Below are positions 12,886 to 24,833 of a stretch of 64,000 nucleotides of DNA, in pieces (positions within the stretch are counted from its first letter, which is position 1; each line of letters starts with the position of its first letter). The stretch lies in the NCBI RefSeq assembly GCF_023055435.1, contig NW_025963957.1, positions 1,984,001-2,048,000 on the forward strand. Direction: 5' to 3'. This DNA comes from Haliotis rufescens. Taxonomy: Eukaryota. The translations under genes and the position numbers were made by a program. Below the pieces are notes generated by a model. The model saw nothing but the letters and a program-made list of their open reading frames with translations. It had not been told where the DNA came from and did no database searches.

Positions 12886-14133
12886 ACTCAGTGATATAAA
12901 CATGTTATTTTATTAGTATATACATAAAACGGGATTAGTAATCTAAGAAACATTGAACTTCATAAGAGCACCAATTCAAATATATTTCATTCATAAAAAA
13001 AACATGTAGCTAATTAAATACAACAGTCACAAAGCATTGCAGCTCATTATATTAAAGAAGTCATAGTAAATGGGTTAAGAAGTTTCCATAGCATAGATAT
13101 TTAATAATAATAGACTATAGCAGGGTTGAAATATCAACATAGTGTATAACATTATATTCCTCATACCACATATTTACTGAATAGCACATTAACTAATTAT
13201 AAATCATAATTATATGTTCAAACATTCATTATGGTGGACCTGGCGGCCATGTGTATTATAAGATCTGAATTAGTTCGATAGACTTTAGCTGTTACCACCA
13301 ATGTCAATTTTCAGCATCTTTAGACTTCTGGTCTTAGAGGACTTGACGAGGAAATGTTAACATGTATGAAGGAGTCACGCACAAAGAACAAGGCAACACG
13401 ACATTAACTCACTTGAACCTTCAGTCCAGGTGAGCTAAACAAATACAGCACAGGCGGTTTACAATTACAGTTATCAAGTCTAAGAAACCTCTATCGCTGA
13501 ATACATTTTGTTTTAAGTATATATTCTCACCGCCAAAAGAAACGCGAATACCATATATGTTGGTTAATGTATGAAGACTTACTCATATTCAAGAGATATT
13601 AGATTGGTTTGATGCACAAACGAACGTTCTGGTATGTTGTGTGAACCGATGCTCCTGAACTCATTACATGTGACGTCATAGATCCATGACTCGAGATGCA
13701 CCATTTGTCTCGTGCAGGATTAGCGTGTAATGTTTGGAAATCACGTGCAGCTTAAGAATAAAGAAACATCTCTTCTCTGTGTATGTTTCGAAGGATCGCG
13801 TTGCGTTTGGCGTTGAGTATATAACATACGACAACTGGAAAAAACAACATTATTCACAAGATCAACATGTAGCAATATACATCTTGTTATTTGTTAACTT
13901 TGCACAAGCATATTAATTTAGTCATAAAAAAAGAGAGTACTAAAAGAACTATTCCCACAAAACGAGTCATGCTATAGTTACAGCAAAAGAACCCAACCAT
14001 ATTNNNNNNNNNNNNNNNNNNNNNNNNNNNNNNNNNNNNNNNNNNNNNNNNNNNNNNNNNNNNNNNNNNNNNNNNNNNNNNNNNNNNNNNNNNNNNNNNN
14101 NNNNNNNNNNNNNNNNNNNNNNNNNNNNNNNNN

Positions 14134-14277
14134 TTGTTTTACGCCGCTTTTTGCAATATTCCAGCAATATCACGGCGGGGGACACCAGAAATGGGCTTCA
14201 CACATTGTACCCATGTCGGGAATCGAACCCGGGTCTTCGGCGTGACGCTTTAACCACTAGGCTACCCGACCGCCCCG
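14134..14277 (-). mobile_element. SINE family 1
   Basis: Near full-length copy adjoining an N gap. Confidence 0.85.
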
Positions 14278-14470
14278 TGTGAGTGAGAGAGAGAGAGAGC
14301 GAGTGTGTGTGTGTGAGAGAGAGAGCGAGTATGTGTGAGTGTATGAGAGTGAGTGAATGTGTGAGTGTGTGTGTGCGTGTGTGTATGCGTGTGTGAGTGT
14401 GAGTGCATGTGCGTGAGTGTATGTGTCTGTGTACGTGTGTGTGCGTGCGTGCGTGTGTGCATGCGTGTGT
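14278..14470. repeat. Compound (GA)n/(GT)n microsatellite
   Basis: Directly visible. Confidence 0.9.
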
Positions 14471-14873
14471 GTTCCCGAATATTCTTGAGAAATAAAATTA
14501 TGCTTCAAAATGAGCAAAAAAAGAATTTGCCTGCCACGGAATTAAGAATGTTCCAATGTGTTTTTCTTAAAAAAAAAATCCACCCGGCTTCTGGTCTTGT
14601 AGCTGTAAATGATATAAATCCACGCAACCATCCACTCAACACCTCACCATCCAAACTACAAACAAAAACATATTATCTATTCAAAAACCAAAGCCAAACA
14701 TCACTCAAAGTTAATAGTAAGGAATTTCTCAATGTCACTGTTAATACTATACATACACGACCGATTGTGTATCATACTCAGTAGATCATGCCATCAATAG
14801 ACGATTGAGTCATAAGTCATCATCATGTCTTTAGTATCTGTCAGGTATGAGTTCATGGGCAACATGAAGCCGT

Positions 14874-17800
14874 CTATTGCATCCCCAGTAGATCGTCCCT
14901 TTCTCGATAAAGACACTGTAGTTGCTTCTGGAGGACTTTTTTGATTGCCTGTAAAATTAGTAATAAAATATATTACATCAAGATAATTACCCAGTTTTAA
15001 ATGTTCCACAAATGAAGAGAACATTTCTATATGAAGAGCAAAAGAAACGCAAGTCTGACACTTTTTTCAAGTTTTTGAACAAAAGACAAATTCATATAGT
15101 GAAAGGTCAGTTTAAGAGCTGAACGTAGTTGCGTCGTCCAAAAGGCCGGCCAAGGAAGAATACACTATCGACACCCTTGCTTTATGAGGACGTGCGTTGT
15201 CCTATTGGAACTACTGCAGTTGAGGATGTAACATGAAGAACTTGATCCCATACACAACAGAGTTACACGTTGTCAGATGTTAACAAGGAAGTTAACTGAC
15301 TATAAAGGTCCAGTTTCCACCCTTGCCGATCGAGGCTGGAAATATGGAGTTTTATTTTGGCTGGACTAACGAGTCTATGCAAAGACCAATCAAAAACGCG
15401 TAACGATATCGACATCCGGTTCGTAAACTGCCTTGCAGATTTTGGTTGCTTGCAGGATTTACAATGCACGTGTACCGTCAACTGATATTTTCCAAAACTT
15501 TTCATGTTTTAATCAAGGTGCTTATGTGATTTGAGGCACTTCGCGAAGAAAGATCCGTTCTATTACAATATATATCGTCTTCATAAGGTGCTGCTATTTT
15601 GTTTTTAGTTATATTAGAGGGGGGATCTGATTGATCAACAGGATGACATAGAAGGGACATAACTCGTAATAGCCAATGGTGCCGCTACGATTTAGCACAG
15701 AAATTCCAGCCAAGTTCGTGAAGGGAGGAAACTGTACTTTTACAGTCAGTTAACTCCCTTGCCTCGGGAAGATGGTTGTCGGAAGACATGAACCTGGGAA
15801 CTATGGTTGTGATTTTAGCTCCCGGAACCATCACACTTCCACGGTACCATTTGTTAGCCTGAATGACTTGTCTGTGAAACTCGTCTGAAAAGACAACTTG
15901 ATACCACTGAGCACTTCGCCAACGATGATGTTGCCGGGGCCCACTGTGAATGTCGCTGACGGTGTTATTTTTGTCAAGATTAATACCACATACTGACGTC
16001 GACAGTTGACTAAACAGTTGTCTTGTGACAGTGGTGACATGGCATCCTAACTCTCTGGTTACAGCAGCTGCAGAGTTACATGACATCAGTCATCAATTCA
16101 GACAAACTTGAATGGTTAAACTTATAATCATTCAAACGTTTTTAGAAGTTGCGTTTCTTTTACTGTTCAGCATACCCAATTTCATTTCATTCACAATAGC
16201 TCTAAAGTAAACGGTTTTAAAGGAAAGGCTTTTAAGTTAGTATGTAGACATTAGTTCTTATATCATTGTATCAATGTTAAAGAAAGGAGACTTTGATAAA
16301 TGTGCTTTAGATTCGGCTGTAAAAGAGTGAGTAGCCACACATATTTACTAGATTCAAGTGTGATAATCACCCCTTTGTTTCTTCTTGCACCCTGCTTCGT
16401 CAACTTATCAAGTTTTGCCTCTTTCTCTGTTATACTCATCATGATGATTTCAAGGCTCTTTGGAGCCAGTTGAGGAACACGTGTGGTTGGACCCCAATCT
16501 CTGCTTCCACTGGCTGAAGGCTGAGTATTTGGACATTCCTTGATTTCCTCATCAGTAACATCATATGCCTTTGGACCAGACCAGCCAAACCCCAAGACAA
16601 AGTATACATTCTTTTGCCATAACGACCGTTTTCGAATAGGTAGTGATGTGGGGATCGCTACATTGAACATATTCCCTCCTACCGATTTCAGTTGCATGTT
16701 AATTTCCAGTCCCTCATTTAGGAGAACACCTTTCATTCGCTTCAGTCTATTCAAAGCTGTTGCTGTGCGCCAGACTCCATCTCCTATGTCTCCTTTTCCT
16801 TCATTTCTGCCATTTAGTTGCTCATAGTAAACTATACTCTCCATGTCTTGGCCTTTTCCAAGGAAGAAATAGGTTGCATCTTTTTTCCTGAAATGGCGGT
16901 TTCCATCTTTTTGTCTTGGGTGATTCTTGTAAAATGCTTCTTTCCATTGGCTGATTGCTTCCAAAAGTCTTGAAGATGAGCACAGGTTATACATGTGACG
17001 ATCCTCCGTTGGCAAATGAAAAAGAACAAGATACAGAAAAGTCTCAAGGTGAGGCCGTGTTCCCTGTTGAATTTTACATTCATAAAGACTTTTGCTCCAT
17101 TCTATCATTTGTTGGAAGCTTGCAATTGTTTGTTCCTTATCTTCCACTCCATTGTATGCAATACATGTGTTCAAAATGGTCACAAAATCAAAAGCATTAG
17201 CTTGAGGTGATTTCACATTTTCAACCATTAACTTGTAAGCGCTGCAAAGCTTCCCTCCACCTGTTGCCATGATCCGGAGAGCACTGGGCAGTGATGCAAC
17301 CCCTAGCCTCCTGGCGCGCCTTCTGCGAAACGCCATGGCATCTTCATTATTCATGCCATGGGGAACTCTATCAGTTCCTTCTCCAAAGAAACCATCAATA
17401 TTTTCTTTGAAGCTGATAAGGAGCTCATTGTTTAGGTGTGAGTCCTTTGGAATAATGTCGGCAGATGTCACACTTTTAAGCTGGTGAAATTCCTCATCAA
17501 GTCTTCGAAGAGCTCTTGTCGCATCATCTTGCATCTGTTTCAAATGCTCAATATCTGCTTCACCAACAAACTGAAACGTGTCGGGAACAAACTTTGCATT
17601 GACCAAGAATTTATGCATATCCTCCTTCCCTGTGTAACACTGAAACTTAGGGAAAGTACTCAGCAACAGTATGATAACCCTGATCTCTCCACAGTATCCT
17701 GCATTGTTGATAGCAGTAGTTTCATTTTCACTGAGCTGTTGCTCTTTTCTGAACGTCTCTATAGCTTTGAAGGCAATGCCAATTATACGTTTAGCATCAT

Positions 17801-20800
17801 CCCCATTGATTTTGTTGGTATCTGTTTCTGAGTGTTGAACATATTCATCAAACAGCTGCTCCTTGTAAACCATTGCTAAAGTATCCCAGAGGAAGGAATT
17901 TCGGTACCACTTGTTTGTAGCAATCTTAGCAAAGCGTTCAGCTTGTGTCCAGTTTTTGCAATGGATGTAAAATCTAGCAATCTGTTGAGCAATGAGTGCA
18001 TCATCAGACATCTCAAATACCTTGATCATGAGGTTTACAGTTCCATCAATATCAACATCGTCAATGGCTGCCAAAACAAATGGTGAAAACCTTTCTTTTC
18101 TATCATCTTTTGAGCGAGATCTTTTCTTGATGATGTTTCTGATAATGTACAGTAAACGTTCAGTATATGCAGAATCAACGAGAAACACATTAGAATCGAG
18201 TAGCTGGTTCATTATGTCAACAATAGTTTCTCCTTGCTTTTCCATAAGTTTTAAAAGAATTGCTTTAGCAAGGAGGCTATGTATGATGCGCAATGTCTGT
18301 TCTTTTGTCCCTTGACCAGCTGATCGTGATGATTTGTTTAAGAGCACCCTCAATGGTGAACTTAAGCATGTCTCCCAACCTTTTTTTCTTGAATAGGTGC
18401 GTTGATTTCCTGTACTGATGATCATGCCGCACCTCTGTGGTGTTTGCATGAGTGGATCAAAGCAGGCCACGGGAACCGGACTGAAGTCAACATCATATGC
18501 ATTTATGAGAGCAAGGTATTTTAGGACCCTTTGCTCTTTTTCATCTTTGATGTTATTGACGAGTGTACCAACTGTTCTGTGAATATATTCACTGTTGAAG
18601 TTTTCCTTCAGGATGTTAAAGGATATCAAGAGTTTGGGATCGACTTTTTTGTCATCTTTGAACCTCTTTTCTAGATCAGCATTTTTCATTTCAAACCAGG
18701 CAAGCTCCTTTGTGGTCAGTTCATGCTTGAGTAGTACTTTCCGGCTGTCACACTGGATTGGCAAGTCAGCTCTTCGCTGGCAAACAAGAAGGACACAGAA
18801 AACGGATAGAATGCCATCCGATGATCTTGCTGCGATACGAGCTTTATCCTCCAGGACAGCATAGAGAAGGCTCATTTTTTCATCATCATGGTTGTCAATC
18901 AAAACCAGTGGGGGATTGGGACTATCAGGATCCTCATAGCATCTCAGAGTAGCTATTTGTTCAGGTGTCTGGTCATTTATTTGCTTAACTTCACAGCATC
19001 TGTACTTGTCCTTCAGATCCCACAGGATCTGGCGAGCTGATGTGGTACCTCCTGCCCCTGGCTGGTGTAACAATGTCACCACTGTTACTTTATTGTCAGT
19101 TTCTTTAGTAGTAGTAAGGGCGTCTGTTATTTGATTCATCAGACTTTCATGACAAGCTCTCTTAAGAACGTGATCTCCAGGAAACCAAAAATTCCACCAG
19201 TCTACTTCACCTCCCCTGAAAAAAATCTCCTCTACCTCACGTCTTTTAGCTTCTTTCTTCTTGGTATCATTCACAATTTCACTGTCGCTACACTGTTGTA
19301 TGCTGAGAATGTCCAAATCGCACATATCCTCCTTCACTCTTTGCCGCAGAGAGCAATGCATACCCTTTGATGTTGGTAAAAGGCATGCAGATGGTTGTCT
19401 CAAATTTGTGACTTGACAAATGGTATCGTTAAGATGATTCCAAGGAATGCCAACAACACATCTCTCATTGAGTGATCCTGTATCAGCACAGTGACGAGCA
19501 ATCATCTGTTCTTTCCAAAGATCAGCAATAGCGTCATTTTCAGCCAGTATTATCCACTGTTCTTGGAATTTAGTAAATATCTCATCTGCTGCCTCCAACA
19601 TAACTTCATAATTCGATGAGAAAAGAAATACTAACACCAGTGCTCTTCCTTGGGGTATGCTATTATGATAAAATTGTATGGCCCCCCGAAATCCTTCAAT
19701 GCGCTTTTGTTTCCACTCAAAGGGGCCAAAGGCATGCTTTCCCAGACATTCATAGCCATTACAAAATGTCCATGTGTTCAAGGAAGATGTTTGAAGATTC
19801 TCTAAAAATGCAGCATGCTTTTCTTTCTCAAGATTTTCTCCTCCGTTCTTATCAAAGTTGTCTGTTGTTAAGACCTGCATGACTCTCTCTTTGTTCATCA
19901 CATAATGATAAAGGCCTTTAGTGTCACTTTCGGGATCAAAGTCAAAGATTGCTGTTGCATCTATATCTTTAACAAATGATAGATTTTCTTCTATGAAATT
20001 TGCTTCCATTTGGTCACCAAGAGGACTAAAAAACAACACAGGATAAACGTCATCTTCAAGTGTTTCTGCGCCACCAGTAAACAAATTGAGAAACTTTCTT
20101 CTCAGGTTTTTGGCAGGTCCAGGCGCCTGTGTCTTCGCTTCTTGGGTTTGACGTAGAGTTGTTAAATCCATTACAGTTTTAGATGTGAAGTGTACAAGAT
20201 CTCTTCCATCATGCCTTTTTATTGCGCCCTCTGTATATCGAAACAGTCTCTGTTTATTCTTCTTGCCAATGGGGAATTTTGAACTGATTAGAAACACTTC
20301 ATGTTTTACAACATGACTTGTTGGAACAACATCTATTTCTACAACATAGCGGGGGTCGTCACTGTTATTCCTGTCAATGACCTCTACAAATGTTGGATCT
20401 CGTATTACTTTAGACACAATCTCATGATGCTTTTCTTCGAAGGCAAATTTTATTTTGCTCATGATTTCACTCCGACATTTTTCTGTGTCAAGAGTGTATC
20501 CAACAACTTCTCCGGGCAGTACTTCCAGAGAGCCCTCTGGGCATATACCAAAGTAAATTGTGCCATTTATCCTGTCATTCATACATGCTGCAGCAAATGC
20601 AACTGTCTCATCTGCCATTTGCTGAATCATGACTGTAGGCTTTTGAATGTTAGCAAAATATTTGACCGGCTGCACCATGTTACCACTGCAGAATTCGGTG
20701 TTCACAACTCTTCCTTTCACATATTTGACCCATGGTTCTACTGGATGTTCAAACTTCCTTAATGTCTCTTGGTATGGGCATTCTCTCGGCTTGCAAGTGC

Positions 20801-23800
20801 TATCTGGTGACTCAATGACACTTTGTTCAGTGTTCGTGTTTTCCGTATCATGAGGTTGCGATTCAATGTTTGAAATGAGTAATAACAAGGCCCGCTTATG
20901 TCCAAATTTCAAGGAAGGGAAAAGTTCATTTATGTCTGTCTCCTTTAGTGAGAGGAACACTTCTCCGGTGATGCACTCGTCTTTGCATTTTGCTATGACG
21001 TCTTCCTTCTTGCCAATTGTAGGATGATTGTTGAGGAAATCACATAGACCATCAACTTGCATCAGTTTGACATTTTCTTTGGTCGGTGTTGATAAGAGGC
21101 CTGGTTCTAAAATATCGAAGATTTGTTTGTAAGAATGCTTTCAATACAGTTAATTATTTATTATTAATGGCGAAAGAGGGATTTATGATTACACACACAC
21201 ATGCACATAATCACACACAGAGTAGACTCTCATCAGGTGGCAATTAGATGGACGGAGCCACATCTTATAACTTACTTCTAGTTTACACAGTTTACTTGTT
21301 AATGTGTTTCTTTCACTGTAAGAAATGTCAATTCAAGACGTCAAATATCAATCAGTGACAGTAGGGTACATGTATTGTCTCTCACGTGTTTTGAAGTTTT
21401 TATTTGAATATTTACGTACTTGTAGGTGTCTGTGAAGGTCTTATTTGTAAATTTCTCAAATAGGGTCTTGTCAGGGTTAAGGAAAGATAACGAAAGACAT
21501 AATGAAAAAACATAATGTAGAGCTGAGATGAACATCTATTTCTGATCTATTTGGAAAATCAACAAAATATTTTTGAAACAGCTTGTAAAATTACTTTACA
21601 ATTCAAAGGATACATTTCCCTTTTTGAACGCTGTTGCCAAGTTGCGTCAGTGAACACTTGTGTGATGAGATCCCTGAGCTGTTTGTCACCCCAGTCATAG
21701 TTCACCCCTGCCGAAGTCACACATTCCTTGATGACCGCTTTAACATCTGGCAGGGGACACGTCGAGCCTTTTCTGTTGATAAATCTATCAAGCAGGGCAC
21801 CTCTGACGACATCTTCTGTTTGTGGTTGATCAGCTATGACGAAGAAATAAAAGATTGTGGCAAGTTAAATAACAACAGAATTGCTCCCTGTTTTAACAGT
21901 TCATTGTGGTATATGGCTTACGTGATAGTGAGTGAGTTAGTTTGGTTTACCGCCGCTTTGAAAATTATTTCGGTTTTATGTGCACACCTACAAGGGTATG
22001 GTGCTAACAAACCTAGAATCACAATCAAGGAGAACCGGGATTCGAACCAACGGGCATAGGTTTCTAGCACGCCTAAGGGACGTCATTCTGCACAATATGT
22101 AACAGTCGGCGACAGACTGACATTTCTGGTTTGCACACTGACAGAGGACACGGAGAACCTTCTCGGTTGATGACTCTATCAACCAGAGTTTCTCTGACGA
22201 CATATTATGCTTGTGGTTGATCACCTATGACCATGTAATAGTTGTAAACGTCAAAGACCTACTTTATTTCTTGCTGTCCTCATCAAGCTGACATGTTTCA
22301 GAAATGGTGTTTGATTGTAACATTTTTTTCCAACAGAATGTTCGTTTATGTTCATGGGACCATTTTGAATTTGTATGTATTCTACGTGAAGTGTGAATTT
22401 ACATGAACAGGTCACGAGGAAGGAATTCTTTGCAATATCCAGGTGCAAGTTAGGGGAATCGTGAGCAGCGATACTGTCCATTTGAAACCGCATTACATTC
22501 AAACGTTTATTAACCTATATTTGTTGCTTGGATCAAAAACGTCATGCCACGACTCGCAACGTTGCCATGGGATGCCTTGAGGCTGGGGAGTGTGAATTTG
22601 CTGTTGCACTTCATCTCCATGTTCACCTAGCACCATTTCTCGTGTTTGGGATTGATATCAGCAACACATTTCCACGCAAGATCGGCCCCGCAAACCCACG
22701 GCCATTCTAGAAACCAGATCCTGACCCCATAGAACATTTGTTGGTCATCGATAGACAGGTACGCATACGACAACCGCCTCCCTGGATGCTTCAGCAACTG
22801 CTACACATATTGCTGGACAATTTGGCTATGTCTCCACAAGCTTGGAAGCAACGATTTCTTCAATGAAGAGCAGTTTTGGAGGCACATGTTGGTTGAAATA
22901 TACTGAACCAAATTAAAAACTTCACAATCCTAAAATTTTAACATTTTGACCAGTTATTATTGTGGTCCCTTATTGTGTATTTAAACAGTAATGGCCACGT
23001 ATTGTCTTCAGATAACACCCGTTTTTGTGCAGGTGAATCGATCAAAATCATGTGCACAACACTATAGTGGCAAAAGTGTTTTTTCACGTGCAACTGGTCA
23101 CGTGGCCATAATACCGAACGTGTTTTCAGCCATTCTTGTTAGCAGTCATTAACAAAAAAAAGAAAAACACAAGAAAACAAAAGTCTTTACGGCCATTTGT
23201 CATGCCACGCCTTTCAAATGTGCAACGTAAACGTGCTATCGGCATGTTGCAGACGGGAACATCCGTAGCTGAAGTTGCAAGGACGATGGGTTGTAGTCGA
23301 CGGACTGTTTATGATTTACAGACGCGTCTACAGCAAACAGGTACCACCGCTGATCGCCCTCGGCCAGGTCGACCACGTGTGACGTCACATGCAGAGTATC
23401 GTCAGATTGTCTTACGTCACCTCCGTAACCGATTTTTGACGGCTACATCAACCAGAAATGAACTGTTTAGGGGTAGACTGAGTGCGCAAACTGTTCGAAA
23501 CCGTCAGAGAACTGCTCACCTTCAAGCACGACGGCCATACTGCGGGACGATTCTGACTCAATTACACAGACGTCAACGTCAATTGTGGGCACAGCGACAC
23601 TTACGATGGACTCAGAGGAATTGGAATCAGGTCTTATTCAGTGAATGAATTCCGATTTAATCTTCGATTTGCTGATGGTAGGGCAAGGGTGTGGAGGCGC
23701 CGTAATGAACGTTACGCCCAGTGTTGTGAACAGGAAGTTGACAGATTTCGAGGCGGAAATGTCATGGTGTGGGGTGCTTTCTGTGGCAATGCATGTTCCA

Positions 23801-24801
23801 GGCTTCTTGTCATCCGTGGCAACCTCAACGCTGCTGCTTACCGCGACCAGGTACTGGCACCAGAACTTCTGCCTTTTATGGCAGCACATGGACCCGGTTT
23901 GATCTTCCAACACGACAATGCCAGACCCCACACAGCAATTTTGACAAGGAATTTCCTTCAGAATGCGGGAGTCAACGTCATGGACTGGCCGTCAAGGTCT
24001 CCCGACTTCAATCCCATCGAACACGTATGGGATGCTCTTGGCAGAAGTCTGCGCACTCTCCAGAACCAACCACAGAGTTTGCAAGATCTTGCAATTGGCA
24101 CCATTTTGCAGCAACAATGGCTGCTTGTGTGCCATCAGATTCTCGTGCTTGGGACTTATGATTTATACTGTTGATGTTATTACCGAAAACCGTGGGTGCT
24201 TGGAACAAACTATGGTTACCACCGTTAATCAAAATCCTTCTTTGGACATTAATGATTAAATATTAACTTCTCTGATTCATGTGTCCTTTTTATATCATAT
24301 ATGGGATTACTTTTAAAAATGTGAAGTTTTTAATTTGACTCAGTATAGTTACTGAGAACACACGCCCACTTGTCAAATGACATCAATACTGACTAAACTT
24401 GTATTCCGACTTTCTTGTTGTATATGTACTATGGCTGCAAATGATATTGTATTAAAGTGGTTTCAGGTGAACAATGTAATTACCAGTGCATGTCTATATA
24501 ACGGGTGCCACCGGTGGGGCAGAGATGTCCTATGAATATGGATATCGCTTTTATTTACCTTGAACACAACATATAAAAATATGTGAAAATTCACCTGTGC
24601 GTTTCTATTGTGGGAGAGTATATAACCGGGATTAAACTAAACTCATTCTTTTAATTTGATTAAAATCACAACGTGACCCATTTTACAAGTTCAAACCTGT
24701 GCAAGTAACAATACAGCAATGTGCTGTCATATACCGCTTCAACTGACCAATGAACACTGAGAATCGATAAATTAACACATGCCAAAGTATGTATATAGAT
24801 A

Positions 24802-24833
<32 letters not shown>

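Noticed and set aside
16263-16370. Last 36 codons of the 1599-aa ORF as the true C-terminus
   Set aside because: Probably intron read-through: a phase-0 donor at 16370 matches a strong downstream acceptor. Not excluded as a minor isoform.
21634-22059. 141-aa plus-strand ORF
   Set aside because: Antisense to the winged-helix exon and runs into a SINE.
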